Part shown: one piece after another, positions 19,003-30,467 of the stretch
How the letters are laid out: every line of letters begins with the position of its first letter
Numbering within the stretch: the first letter of the stretch is position 1
NCBI GenBank assembly: GCA_965248195.1
Contig: CBDFIQ010000002.1
Location: forward strand, 1,504,001 to 1,568,000
DNA: 64,000 nucleotides
Direction of reading: 5' to 3'
From: Longimicrobiales bacterium
GTDB lineage: Bacteria > Gemmatimonadota > Gemmatimonadetes > Longimicrobiales > Gaopeijiaceae
Translations under genes and position numbers: made by a program
The notes under the pieces: generated by a model
Databases searched by the model: none
Told to the model about the DNA's origin: nothing
Seen by the model: only the letters and a program-made list of their open reading frames with translations

Positions 19003-19701
19003 ATGGGTGAAGAGGGGCGTGCAACGGACGAGGTTCTGGTCCGGAAGGCACAGGCCGGTGATAGCCAGGCCTTCGGGACTCTCGTGGGCCGATACATGCG
19101 CGCGGCCTATGCTGTCAGCCTTTCGGTTACCGGTCATCATGACGATGCCGAGGACGCTGCACAGGAGGGGTTCATAGTCGCTCTTGAACGACTCGATGAT
19201 TGCAGGGCGCCCGACCGATTCGTTGGTTGGCTTATGACGATTGTACGGAACCGTGCTCGCAACTTGGTGCGTAGAGAAGTCCTACGGGATACCGATGCCG
19301 TACCCGAGACGGCTGCGGCCCGGGGTCGGACGCCGGATAAGGCGGCGGAGCATGCAGAACTTCAGGAACGGCTGGGAATCGCGCTTCGGCGGCTTCCGGA
19401 GGTCCAAAGAGAAATCGTGCTCCTTCACGATCTCGAGGGTTGGCGGCATCGGGAGATCGCGGAGTACCTCGGGATCCCCTCGGGGACAGTGCGATCGCAT
19501 CTCCACTTTGCCAGAAAATCCTTGCGGCGAGACGCGGATCTGGCACAGGTCGCGACCGAGCGCGGGCCCAACGGGCATGTTCAGACCGAGGAGATATCAC
19601 ACGTTGGGCCAGGGCAGGATGTCGAGAATGTGCCGGTCGGGAGTGACTCGCAGGATATGAAGAGCGAAGAAGGTGAAACCTACAGAGAGCACCGAGCATA
19701 G
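19003..19701 (+). CDS. ECF sigma-70 factor
   Basis: DAEDAAQEGF region 2, WLMTIVRN, EIAEYLGIPSGTVRSHL region 4. Confidence 0.92.
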   Translation: MGEEGRATDEVLVRKAQAGDSQAFGTLVGRYMRAAYAVSLSVTGHHDDAEDAAQEGFIVALERLDDCRAPDRFVGWLMTIVRNRARNLVRREVLRDTDAVPETAAARGRTPDKAAEHAELQERLGIALRRLPEVQREIVLLHDLEGWRHREIAEYLGIPSGTVRSHLHFARKSLRRDADLAQVATERGPNGHVQTEEISHVGPGQDVENVPVGSDSQDMKSEEGETYREHRA

Positions 19702-19711
19702 GGAGAACAGC

Positions 19712-20116
19712 ATGACGAGCGACAGGCGTAAGGTGCGCTTCGGCCCGCGGGGAGGCGATGGTCCTCAGGGAGGGGACCACGACCTGGTTATCCTCGATCC
19801 GGGACTCGACGACCCTGGGTACTGGTTGCGGTTTCGGTCTCTCGTGATGGCGCGGGCGGCAGACGAATTATCGAGGCGCCGTCTCGCGGCGGAGATGGGG
19901 GTCGCGGGCCTTCTTCAGTCATGGTCCAAGACGGTTATTCCTGCGGCGGCGATCGCGGCGGCGATCGCGGGTGTCCTTTTCCTGCGGGGGCGGCCGACTC
20001 CCGAATGGGGAGTCGAGGAAGCACTCACGGTGGGGCTGGAAGACCGCACCCTTCCACAATTGATGGACCAGTCCGAAGGGGCCGATCCCTTCCTTTTTGT
20101 CGAGGTGACGTTCTGA
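19712..20116 (+). CDS. Single-TM protein, putative anti-sigma factor
   Basis: Directly follows the ECF gene; one TM helix. Confidence 0.55.
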   Translation: MTSDRRKVRFGPRGGDGPQGGDHDLVILDPGLDDPGYWLRFRSLVMARAADELSRRRLAAEMGVAGLLQSWSKTVIPAAAIAAAIAGVLFLRGRPTPEWGVEEALTVGLEDRTLPQLMDQSEGADPFLFVEVTF

Positions 20117-20535
20117 TGATTACGCCTAGCCCTTTCAAGGCGAGAATGGTGGCCGGGACCGCTTTGGCGCTCCTGTTCGGGAGCGGCGTTGTGGTCGGGC
20201 TCGCCTGGGATCAAACGGCCAGTGCCGGCCCGCCCGAGGAGGTCCGGACGGAAGAGGGGCCCCGTGACCGGGAAGGGCGCCGGCGGATGATCGTGGACAA
20301 CGTCGGCCTCAACACCGTCCAGAAGGCCGCGGTCGACTCGCTCGTAGTATTCCACCGGCAACGCATGTCCGACCTGGACACGGAGTTCCGGCCGCGGTAC
20401 CGGGCCGTGATTCGTGATCTGCGGGAGGAGATCAAACAGGTGCTCACCGACGATCAACGTGTGAGGTACGACGTATTGCTGGCGGAGCACGACGCCGCGC
20501 GCGCCGAACGACGTCGCAGGAGCTCGGAAAAATAG
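20116..20535 (+). CDS. Spy/CpxP-like periplasmic helical protein
   Basis: N-terminal TM/signal, LNTVQ and VLTDDQ (LTxxQ-like) motifs; TGATG coupling. Confidence 0.6.
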   Translation: MITPSPFKARMVAGTALALLFGSGVVVGLAWDQTASAGPPEEVRTEEGPRDREGRRRMIVDNVGLNTVQKAAVDSLVVFHRQRMSDLDTEFRPRYRAVIRDLREEIKQVLTDDQRVRYDVLLAEHDAARAERRRRSSEK

Positions 20536-20559
20536 GCCTTTTGACTCAAAGTAAGCCTC

Positions 20560-21870
20560 ATGACTCATAGAACGATACTCACGCTCGGCGCGGTATTTGT
20601 CTTGGCCAGGGTCGGGGCCGCCCAAGAGCGGTCTCTTCTGGATGCGGGGGCCACGCGCATCACACTGGACGACGCACTGACGAGGGCGGTCGCGCTGAGC
20701 CCGCAATTGGCCCAATCCGAGCAGTCCCTGGTCAACGCGGGCGAATCCCGGCGCACGGCCGTGGGAGCTTTTCTCCCTACGATTTCGACCAATTCGGGGA
20801 TGTCCGTTCGGAGTACGCAGCGGTTCGACCAGGCCACGGACCGTCTCGTAACGGGCAACTCCAATTCCTATAACGCGGGCATCACCGCCCGGTACGACCT
20901 GTTCCGCGGGGGGCAGCGTTTCTCGGAGCTCGACCGTGCCGCCGCGGACCTAGCGGCGGCTCGGGCGCGCCGCGAGGACCAGCGTTTCAATGTGACCTTC
21001 CAGACGAAGAACCTCTTCTTTCAGGCCCTTCGGCAGGAGGAGCTGCTTGCGGTCGCCCGGCGTAGGATCGACCAGGCGACGCAGAGCCTGGAGATGACCC
21101 GAACGCAGCAGTTGGTGGGAGGCGGAACCGTCTCCGACACCCTCCGTGCCAGGCTGGAGTTCATCAATGCCCGTCAAGCCGTGCTCAACGCCGAGGTCCA
21201 GACCAGAGCAGCCCGCTTCGCGCTCGGTCGTCAGGTGGGGGTGTCTGAGCCGGCCATCCCGGTGGCCCCGGACGACCTGGAGCCCCGCCCGCTCCTGTTG
21301 TCCGAGGCCGAGGTGCTCGAAGTCGCTGAGAGCTTCGCGCCTTCGGTGCAGGCCGCCGAAGCGGTATTCGAGGCAGCTCGAGAGGCGTATTCCTCCTCCA
21401 AGTCCGTTTACATTCCCTCCCTGAGCTTGAGCAGTGGCTACAACTGGTCGAACCAGGCGGCCTCATTTTCAGGGGGGAGTACGAGCTGGAACCTGAACTT
21501 CAACCTGAGCTATCCGCTCTTCAACGGCTTTTCCAGGGAAGCGAACATCGTCCGGGCGGAGTACTCGACCCGCGTGGCGCGTCTCGAGGAAGACGACGCG
21601 CGGCTGGCCTCCCGCCAAGAGACCGACGCTGCCCTGCGGGCGTTGGAGACCTCCGTGCTGGCCATTGACATCGCGGGGGAGGCCACCGCCGTGGCCGACG
21701 AAGATCTTCGTGTCACTCGTGAGCGCTACCGGGTAGGCGTAGCGATCATCTTGGACGTCGTCACGAGCCAAATTGCGGCCGATCAGGCCGGGGTGGACCT
21801 CGTGAACGCCCGCTACGACTACGTATTAGCCCGGGCGGAGCTCGAGGCCATCCTCGGGAGGGATCTGTGA
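20560..21870 (+). CDS. TolC-family outer membrane efflux protein
   Basis: Signal peptide, duplicated OEP repeat (FLPTIS / [15 protein letters not shown]). Confidence 0.9.
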   Translation: MTHRTILTLGAVFVLARVGAAQERSLLDAGATRITLDDALTRAVALSPQLAQSEQSLVNAGESRRTAVGAFLPTISTNSGMSVRSTQRFDQATDRLVTGNSNSYNAGITARYDLFRGGQRFSELDRAAADLAAARARREDQRFNVTFQTKNLFFQALRQEELLAVARRRIDQATQSLEMTRTQQLVGGGTVSDTLRARLEFINARQAVLNAEVQTRAARFALGRQVGVSEPAIPVAPDDLEPRPLLLSEAEVLEVAESFAPSVQAAEAVFEAAREAYSSSKSVYIPSLSLSSGYNWSNQAASFSGGSTSWNLNFNLSYPLFNGFSREANIVRAEYSTRVARLEEDDARLASRQETDAALRALETSVLAIDIAGEATAVADEDLRVTRERYRVGVAIILDVVTSQIAADQAGVDLVNARYDYVLARAELEAILGRDL

Positions 21871-22574
21871 GCGATTTAATCATCCGGACTCGGGGGCTCC
21901 GTAAGGACTACATCCTCGGCGCCGAGACCGTACGGGCGCTGCGTGGCGTCGACCTGGAGATTCATCCCGGAGAGTTCGTGGCCATCATGGGTCCGTCCGG
22001 GAGCGGCAAGTCCACCTTCATGAACCTGATCGGGTGCCTGGATACGCCGTCAGAAGGAGATTATTGGCTGAACGGTGTGCAGGTCAGCGAACTGAGTGAC
22101 GATGAGCTCGCCCGCATTCGAAATCGCGAGATCGGGTTCGTCTTTCAGACCTTCAACCTCCTTCCCCGGGCCACCGCGCTACACAACGTGGAGCTCCCGC
22201 TCATCTATACGGGAATCAGCTCAAGGGAGCGAAAGCAGCGGGCCGAGGAGAAGCTAGGGTTGGTTGGGCTCGCCGACCGGATGGACCACCGGCCGCCGGA
22301 ACTCTCCGGGGGGCAGAGACAGCGCGTGGCCGTCGCCAGGGCCCTGGTCAACGACCCGGCGCTTCTCCTGGCAGACGAGCCCACGGGAAACCTCGACTCG
22401 GTTACGGGTGAGGAGATCATGAACATCTTCGTCGAGTTGAACCAGCGGGGCCAGACCATCGTGCTGGTCACACACGAGCAGATGGTCGCCGAGTACTCCA
22501 GACGCCAGGTTCACCTGCACGACGGCGTAATCGCCAAGGATTTTCCGACTGAGCACATTGGGGCGCACATATGA
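21867..22574 (+). CDS. ABC transporter ATP-binding protein (MacB/LolD type)
   Basis: [28 protein letters not shown]. Confidence 0.95.
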   Translation: MSDLIIRTRGLRKDYILGAETVRALRGVDLEIHPGEFVAIMGPSGSGKSTFMNLIGCLDTPSEGDYWLNGVQVSELSDDELARIRNREIGFVFQTFNLLPRATALHNVELPLIYTGISSRERKQRAEEKLGLVGLADRMDHRPPELSGGQRQRVAVARALVNDPALLLADEPTGNLDSVTGEEIMNIFVELNQRGQTIVLVTHEQMVAEYSRRQVHLHDGVIAKDFPTEHIGAHI

Positions 22575-24082
22575 TGCGGATGAGATTGTTGGGTGCGGCC
22601 TTCTTGGCTCACACCCTCGTGGCTTGTGGAAGTAGTGACGTGGACGAGGCGCCATCGCTTCAGACCACGGCTGTCGTGCGCGGAGATCTGATGATCATCG
22701 CAGAGGCCACGGGTAACGTGGAGCCCATCCGCAAGGTGGAGGTCAAGTCCAAGGCATCTGGGGAGGTCCTTCGGCTGCACGTCGACATCGGCGACGAGGT
22801 AGAGCCCGGCGCGCTCCTCGCGGAGGTCGATCCTCGAGATGTCCAGAACGCGTTCGACCAGGCCGAGGCGGACCTGGACGTCGCGCGAGCCAGGCTGGAG
22901 ATCTCTCAAGCACAACTCGAGCGTTCCGAAGAGCTGTTGCGATCGGGCGTCATCTCCACTCAGGAGCACGAGAGCAGGAGCCTGGACTTCGCCAATTCCC
23001 GGGCGACGCTGGTCAGAGCCGAGACCAACTACGAGTTGAGCCAGCTCCGCATGACCGACGTGACCATCCGGGCGCCCCTGGCGGGTACCGTGCTCGAGAA
23101 GAACGTCGAGGAAGGTCAGGTCATCCAGTCGGCCTCCCAGAACGTCTCGGGGGGAACCACGCTGATGGTCATGGCCAACCTCGAGTCCATGCAGGTACGG
23201 ACCCTCGTGGATGAGACCGACATGGGCGATATCCGCCCCGGAATGCAGGCGAACGTGACCGTGGAGGCCTATCCCGAGCGGCGCTTCGTCGGGGTCGTGG
23301 AGAAGATCGAGCCCCAGGCCATCGTGCAGCAGAACGTCACGATGTTTCCGGTGATCGTGCAGCTCGACAACGATTCCGGGCTGCTTCGCCCGGGGATGAA
23401 CGCCGAGGTCGAGGTCGAGCTCGCCCAGGCCACTGGGGTGCTGCTGATCCCGAACAACGCGGTGGTGACGCCCCAGGACACACAGCCGGCGGCGATGGTG
23501 CTCGGGCTCGACCCCGAAGCCATCGATATTCGTGGCCTCTTCGCTGGGGTGGCGGGTGGCGGCGGCCGCGGTGGTCGCGCCCGGGGTCAAGGTGGCGGAG
23601 GGGACGGGCAGCCCCGTGATGGTGGAGCCGGCACTCCCCGTGCACGTGCGGCTGGTGGCGCGGCTTTCGACTCCTTGAGGGCGTTGGTCGCGAGTGGTGA
23701 GATCTCCCAGGACTCCGCCCGGGCGCTCTTCTCCGGTCAACGCGGTGGCGCCGGGGGTGGTGGCTTTTTCGGTCCGGGCGGTCGAAGGCCGGGTGCCCGA
23801 ACGGAGCAGGGAGGAGAGGCTGCCGCCGCTTCACGAAGAGACACTCGCCGCGCCGTGGTGTTCGTCATGGCCGAAGACGGGACGATCGAACCCCGAGCGG
23901 TCATGATCGGGCTCAACGACTGGGATTTCACCGAGGTCGTGAGTGGCCTCGAGGAGGGCGAGCAGATCGCGATTGTCGGTGCCGCACAGCTGCGAGCCTC
24001 ACAGGATGAATTCCTCGACCGGATTCGGTCGAACTCGAACCCGTTCGGTGGCGGCGATCCGGGCGGAGGCCGATTCCGGTAG
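22571..24082 (+). CDS. Efflux periplasmic adaptor (MacA-like MFP)
   Basis: Lipobox [27 protein letters not shown]; Gly-rich insert. Confidence 0.9.
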   Translation: MMRMRLLGAAFLAHTLVACGSSDVDEAPSLQTTAVVRGDLMIIAEATGNVEPIRKVEVKSKASGEVLRLHVDIGDEVEPGALLAEVDPRDVQNAFDQAEADLDVARARLEISQAQLERSEELLRSGVISTQEHESRSLDFANSRATLVRAETNYELSQLRMTDVTIRAPLAGTVLEKNVEEGQVIQSASQNVSGGTTLMVMANLESMQVRTLVDETDMGDIRPGMQANVTVEAYPERRFVGVVEKIEPQAIVQQNVTMFPVIVQLDNDSGLLRPGMNAEVEVELAQATGVLLIPNNAVVTPQDTQPAAMVLGLDPEAIDIRGLFAGVAGGGGRGGRARGQGGGGDGQPRDGGAGTPRARAAGGAAFDSLRALVASGEISQDSARALFSGQRGGAGGGGFFGPGGRRPGARTEQGGEAAAASRRDTRRAVVFVMAEDGTIEPRAVMIGLNDWDFTEVVSGLEEGEQIAIVGAAQLRASQDEFLDRIRSNSNPFGGGDPGGGRFR

Positions 24083-24087
24083 GCGCC

Positions 24088-25302
<1,215 letters not shown>

Positions 25303-25321
25303 TCGGGGTGCACTGCGGGCG

Positions 25322-25439
25322 GCCGGGAGGGTGTGACGCCCTCTCTCCGCCGACGCTGCGGGCCGCGGCAGAGCCGCAGACCGGATGCTCCACCGCTTCG
25401 CGGCGGACCGGCTCCGATAGGGCGTCACACCCTCCCGGC
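25322..25439. repeat. 118-bp element with perfect 21-bp terminal inverted repeats (MITE/REP-like)
   Basis: GCCGGGAGGGTGTGACGCCCT (25322-25342) and AGGGCGTCACACCCTCCCGGC (25419-25439). Confidence 0.8.
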
Positions 25440-25471
25440 TTAGGATAGGTACACACTCTCCGGCTTTTGGG

Positions 25472-25697
25472 GAGGTTGGGTCAATAGGTGTGTAAACGTA
25501 TCAGGCGGCATTCTTCCGCTGTTGGGTTGAGACGGGCTTTCCGTCTTCGAACTTCCTTCCTTCAAACACGTCCTTGAGGAGGTGAGGAGCGTCGAGCCTT
25601 CGGAACCGCTTCTCGGCCACCAAGAGCAACTTCCAGATCAGCGCCGTAGCGCTCTCGACCCGCTTGAATCGCTTCGCCGCCGTCGTCCTGAGCCGTA
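25472..25697 (-). mobile_element. IS256-family 3' fragment with right end
   Basis: RLRTTAAKRFKRVESATALIWKLLLVAEKRFRRL C-terminus; end GAGGTTGGGTCAATAGGTGTGTAAA shares TGTGTAAA with the other IS256 ends. Confidence 0.65.
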
Positions 25698-25809
25698 TGA
25701 TCTGCTCCGGAGTGTGTCGCTTCCTTCCCATCCTGACCTCCTCGCTGTAAAGCTTCAGACCCGGTCGATCCTAACATTGCACCTGGTCTCGTTTCAGTGG
25801 GTCAGGTCA
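25698..25809 (-). mobile_element. IS3-family left-end fragment
   Basis: TG-initiated end TGACCTGACCCACTGAAACGAGACCA, RBS GAGGAGG, orfA start MGRKRHTPEQII then break. Confidence 0.6.
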
Positions 25810-25958
25810 ATCACGTAGCCCGTCTTACGATCGACGAAGGTGAGGACGCAGTGCTTGTCGGAGCTTCCGATGAGGCCGGTGGTTCCTAGCGGTTGGGACG
25901 CGTTAGCTTCCGGGAGCATTCAGCCCCGGCGTCGTCTGGACCTTGAGAACCCGCTTCG

Positions 25959-27407
25959 ATGAACATTCCCTTCGACAACACCTACGCCCAGCTGCCAGAA
26001 CGTTTTTTCGTCAAACAGGAACCCGCCCGTGTTCCGGAACCGAAGCTCATCCGCTTCAACCGCGAACTAGCGGCGAAGCTCTCGATCGACACCGACTGGC
26101 TGGAATCAGCCGACGGCGTCGCGACGCTCGCGGGCAATGCGATTCCCGAGGGTGCCGAGCCGATTGCACAAGCCTACGCTGGCCACCAGTTCGGTGGATT
26201 CTCGCCACAACTCGGCGACGGCCGCGCCATCCTTCTCGGCGAAGTCATCGACGCGCACGGCGCGCGTCACGATCTGCAGTTGAAGGGCTCAGGGCGCACG
26301 CCATTCTCGCGCGGCGGCGATGGCAAATCTGCGCTCGGCCCGGTGATCCGCGAATACATCGTCAGCGAAGCCATGGCCGCGCTTGGGGTTCCCACAACCC
26401 GGGCGCTCGGCGCTGTTACCACCGGCGAAAGCGTCATACGCCCAGAAGGACCGCTCCTCGGCGCTGTGTTCACCCGCGTTGCCGCAAGTCACATTCGCGT
26501 CGGGACTTTCGAATATTTTCGCGCACGCAACGATATCGATGCCTTGCAACTGCTCGCCGATCATGCCATTGCCCGGCACTACTCGGAGGCCGCCGAAGCG
26601 ACAGATTCTTATGTGGCTTTGCTAGAGTCGGTCGCGGATGCCCAAGCGGATCTCATCGCCCAGTGGATGTCTCTCGGCTTCATCCACGGTGTGATGAACA
26701 CGGACAATACCGCCATTTCCGGGGAGACGATCGACTACGGCCCGTGCGCGTTCATGGACGTCTTCCACGCACAGTGCGTCTTCAGCTCCATCGACTCCGG
26801 TGCGCGCTATTCCTGGGGCAACCAGCCCGACATCGGGCTCTGGAACCTCACCCGTTTCGCGGAAACCCTGCTGCCATTGTTGTCTGAGGATTCTGGTAAA
26901 GCGACGAAGATCGCCGAGGCCACTCTCTCCGGATATCCGAAGCGATTCGGCGGCCAATACCTCGCCTGCTTCCGCGCCAAACTCGGCCTCCCACCTGAGG
27001 CACCAGTCGGGCTCATCAAGGAGTGTCTCGATCTACTGGGCGCCCAAGCGGTCGACTTCACACTCTTCTTCCGTCACCTCACACGTGTCGCCGGCGGAGA
27101 GGACTCGAAAACGCTTGCGGCGATGTTTTCCAGCAGTGAGCCTTTTCAAAAATGGTTCGCCACATGGCGTAGCGAAGCCGACCCAGCCAAGCACCTCGCT
27201 CACATGCGCGCTGCCAACCCCATCCTCATCCCGCGCAATCACCGCGTCGAGCAAGCCATCCAGAGCGCCTACGATGGTGACTTCGCGCCGTTCCACCGTC
27301 TCGTCGATGCGCTAGCAGCGCCCTACGCTGACCAGGTCGAATATGCTGATCTCGAAGCAGCACCGCGACCAGAAGAAGTCGTCCACGAAACTTTTTGTGG
27401 CACGTAG
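25959..27407 (+). CDS. selO: Protein adenylyltransferase SelO/YdiU
   Basis: YAGHQFG..QLGDGRA, LKGSGRTPFSRGGDG, GFIHGVMNTDN, IDYGPCAF, C-terminal TFCGT. Confidence 0.95.
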   Translation: MNIPFDNTYAQLPERFFVKQEPARVPEPKLIRFNRELAAKLSIDTDWLESADGVATLAGNAIPEGAEPIAQAYAGHQFGGFSPQLGDGRAILLGEVIDAHGARHDLQLKGSGRTPFSRGGDGKSALGPVIREYIVSEAMAALGVPTTRALGAVTTGESVIRPEGPLLGAVFTRVAASHIRVGTFEYFRARNDIDALQLLADHAIARHYSEAAEATDSYVALLESVADAQADLIAQWMSLGFIHGVMNTDNTAISGETIDYGPCAFMDVFHAQCVFSSIDSGARYSWGNQPDIGLWNLTRFAETLLPLLSEDSGKATKIAEATLSGYPKRFGGQYLACFRAKLGLPPEAPVGLIKECLDLLGAQAVDFTLFFRHLTRVAGGEDSKTLAAMFSSSEPFQKWFATWRSEADPAKHLAHMRAANPILIPRNHRVEQAIQSAYDGDFAPFHRLVDALAAPYADQVEYADLEAAPRPEEVVHETFCGT

Positions 27408-27672
27408 CGCGCCAGCATCTCCACTGGTTCTGGAATCCAACGCGGGCCTCTCAGTCATCCTCATCCTCTCCCGGCAGGAGCTTCTCTGCCAACTGTTCAA
27501 AAGGGTCGTGCTCCCGTTTACGGCGTTGAGGCCGCCCATCGCCGCGGATCGAATTTGAGGCAAGATCAACTGTGGTCCGATCTCCAGTGCCACCTGGCCC
27601 GCATCGATCCTGCGGTTGATCGCGTTCGCAGCAAGCGGGGCATCGATCCATGACCACACCCAGAACCCGAAC

Positions 27673-28753
27673 GGTCAAGTCCCGAGTTGTGTGTAAAAGT
27701 GAGGGGAAGCTCCTCGATGCTTCGGTTAGGCTGCCTTGGCGACCTCCTTCGGTTCGAGAAGCGTGAGATCGAGGTAGCGGCGTTCGCTCCAGACCGCAGT
27801 AGTCCTCAGAGCAACCGCGGTGATGAGGCGGAGCGCACTGGCTCGGTCGGGGAAGGCGCCGGCGCTCCGGATCCGACGCTTGATCTCGGTGTGCAGGCGC
27901 TCGAGGCTGTTCGTGGTGCGTGGCCTGGCCCAGTGGGGCTCGGGGAACGCGTAGAACTGGGTGGCGGCCGTGAAGCCCCGCTCGAGCACCTTCATTGCCT
28001 CGGGGAGCTCCTCTTGCCAGCGCGTCGTGATCTCGGCCAGGCGCTTCTTCGCCTCAGCGAGCCCGGGGGCCCGGAAGACGGCGGCAACCTCGCACGCCAC
28101 ACGCTTGGGCAGGCGATGCGGGACCTTGGCCAGCACGTTGCGTTGCAGGTGCACGGTGCAGCGCTGACGGCGCACCTCAGGCAGGAAGCGGCGCACCGCA
28201 GCTGCCAGGCCCGCATGCTCGTCGGCGATCACCAGTTCGACGCCGCTGAGACCTCGCTCCAGGAGCTGCTCGAGGAGCTCCGGCCAACTGTCCTCTGACT
28301 CCTCAGGGCCTAGCGTGATGGCCAGGAGCCGGCGGTGACCGTCCGGATCCACCGCGTAGGCCACGAGCGCGCTCACGTTCTCGACCTTCCTGGCCCAGCG
28401 CGCATCACGAGGCCCAGCGCGAGGAACGTCGCGTCCAGATACAGATAGGGGTGAGGCCCCTCGATGGGTGCGCTCCGCAGCGCTTCTACAGCCCCATCGA
28501 GCCGCTTCGTGACACACCGCTCACGTAGGCCTCCACCATCTTCTCGTCCACTTCTTCACTCCTGTGCCGGTAGCGGCCCATCACGTCGGCGGGCGAGCCG
28601 CCTTCCCGGCTGCGCGGCACCATCACGTCGATCTGACCCAAGCTCGTGAGCAGGCGCCTGAGGTACGTGCCGTTCCTGTGGTCCTTCCGGCTGCCGACCC
28701 GCTCGAAACGACGCGCTCCGACCATCGCTTTCAACTCCTCCTCCAGCACCTCC
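27673..28753 (-). mobile_element. Degenerate IS256-family copy related to the one at 33950-35325
   Basis: Near-identical end GGTCAAGTCCCGA.TTGTGTGTAAAAG; transposase frameshifted by a deletion (~28510) and a short duplication (~28400); 5' end missing. Confidence 0.88.
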
Positions 28754-28890
28754 TCAGACGCCGAATCGAGGACTTCGACAACGGAGCCCCCTCGCCCAGC
28801 AGGCCTCTCATCGCAAGCTCGAAGTTCCCTTCCGCCAGACCGTGCAGGTACAGCTCCGGGAGCAGCGCACCCACCTCTTTGGTCCTCCGG
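28754..28890 (-). mobile_element. Internal fragment of a second IS256-type transposase
   Basis: RRTKEVGALLPELYLHGLAEGNFELAMRGLLGEGAPLSKSSIRRL. Confidence 0.7.
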
Positions 28891-28935
28891 CAAGACCTCG
28901 GCCTGCATGTATCCGTTCGCCCAGCAGCTCCTCTC

Positions 28936-29405
28936 CTCTCCGCCTTCAACAAGAGTTCGGATTTGACCTGGTACTCGATGGTGCCGCAGAGGCGTACCTT
29001 GTCATCGACGAAATCCACGCCGCGAACGTACCGGTGATCGTGCACCCAACCATGGCGAGACATCAGGGTACACTCGAAAACGCCACGTTTGAGACCGTGC
29101 GCCGGCTCCAGGATGCTGGGGTCCTGGTTGCGCTGCAGAGTGGGTACGAGCCCTACGTACCCAAGACACGTGTGGTCCTGTTTGAGGTGGCCATGGCCGT
29201 ACATTACGGAATGTCCTTCGAGAATGCGCTCCGGTCGATTTCGATCGACGCGGCCCGCATCCTCGGCCAGGATCAACGCGTCGGCTCGATCGAGCAGGGA
29301 AAGGATGGCGATCTGGCTCTCTTCGACGGAGACCCGTTCGAGTACACGACACGGGTGTGTGGAGTCATCCTCGATGGTCAGCTCGTTACCGAGGAGTGTC
29401 GATAG
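28936..29405 (+). pseudogene. Amidohydrolase, C-terminal fragment
   Basis: AARILG..RVGSIEQGKDGDLALFDGDPF..ILDG; N-terminal part absent. Confidence 0.8.
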
Positions 29406-29617
29406 GGGTTGGAAGGCTCTTAGCGGTCTCCAGAGGTTCGTCCTTTCCGTTCGCTCGAGTCTTTAGCGGGTGGATTGGCCAGGGTTGAAGGGCCGCATCC
29501 GTCCTGATTCTTCGTCGACAGCGGTCCCTCCAAGGGTCTGTCGGCCGGAAGTCCTTGTGCTGCAATTGAAGCGGATCGAAGTGGGTGGGGGCTGACAGGC
29601 GCAGCGCTTTCGGCCCC

Positions 29618-30448
29618 TCACGACCCCTCCGCCCGCACCAGCTCGAACTCTCTCGCCACCGAGCTGAAGGCGCTGAACACGCCCAGCCCGCCCCGGATGT
29701 TGCTCGGGGGTTCGTTCAGATCGCGCGAGTCCTGCACGCGGTTGTTGTACAGGTCCGTGTATTCCTGGTTGACCCGGTAGACGATCGCGCGGTGGCGGCC
29801 CAGATGCTCGAGCTGCTGGAGCCCGATCGCATGGAAGTTCTCCTCCGTCGGGGCGCTCCGTATGCGGAATCTGCCCACACCTTGGCGGATGAAGTCGGGA
29901 AAGATCGATTCGGCCTCGGGGTCCATCCCCTCAACGTCGACGAAGTGCAGGCTGGCGTCCGGGTTCTCCCAGGTCACCGTGACCTGTAACGTCCGGAGCA
30001 CCCCCGGTTGGAATCTCCCGGGCGTGAGTTCGGGCACTTCCAACCTGTACCTGTCGAGTTCCACGCCATCCGGGGGTCCGGGAACAGCAGTCTGACCGGT
30101 CGCGGTGCGCCCGAACGCCTCGACTTCGATGCGGAAGACGTCGCCTTCGCGCACCTCCAGATCGTCGCCTGGATAGCCGTAGGTCCCAGGCTCTTCCAAC
30201 CGGGACAGAAGCCACCGCTCGGGGCCGCGTACGAGGGCCACAATGGCGTCGTCGACGGTGGCCGCGAGGGCCGGATCCTCGCCCAACGGAACAGTCTGGG
30301 TCAGCCGGACATGATCCACGGGCTCGCCCGCGAAAAGGAACGCCTCGACCACCACCTGGCGGGTCTCGTCGTCCGGACCGGTCATGGGGTCCGAGCAAGC
30401 GAGCAAGCCAGTCAGTGCAACGAGAATGCCGAGCTTGCCGGTGTTCAT
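29618..30448 (-). CDS. DUF4249-like lipoprotein partner of the TonB-dependent receptor
   Basis: Lipobox LLAC, VVVEAFL, C-terminal PSNIRGGLGVF; GGGAGG RBS. Confidence 0.75.
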   Translation of the reverse strand: MNTGKLGILVALTGLLACSDPMTGPDDETRQVVVEAFLFAGEPVDHVRLTQTVPLGEDPALAATVDDAIVALVRGPERWLLSRLEEPGTYGYPGDDLEVREGDVFRIEVEAFGRTATGQTAVPGPPDGVELDRYRLEVPELTPGRFQPGVLRTLQVTVTWENPDASLHFVDVEGMDPEAESIFPDFIRQGVGRFRIRSAPTEENFHAIGLQQLEHLGRHRAIVYRVNQEYTDLYNNRVQDSRDLNEPPSNIRGGLGVFSAFSSVAREFELVRAEGS

Positions 30449-30467
30449 GTTCGTCCTCCCTGCGGTT

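Noticed and set aside
27408..27672. Possible gene remnant between selO and the degenerate IS256
   Set aside because: Looks coding in shifting frames but no family could be recognised
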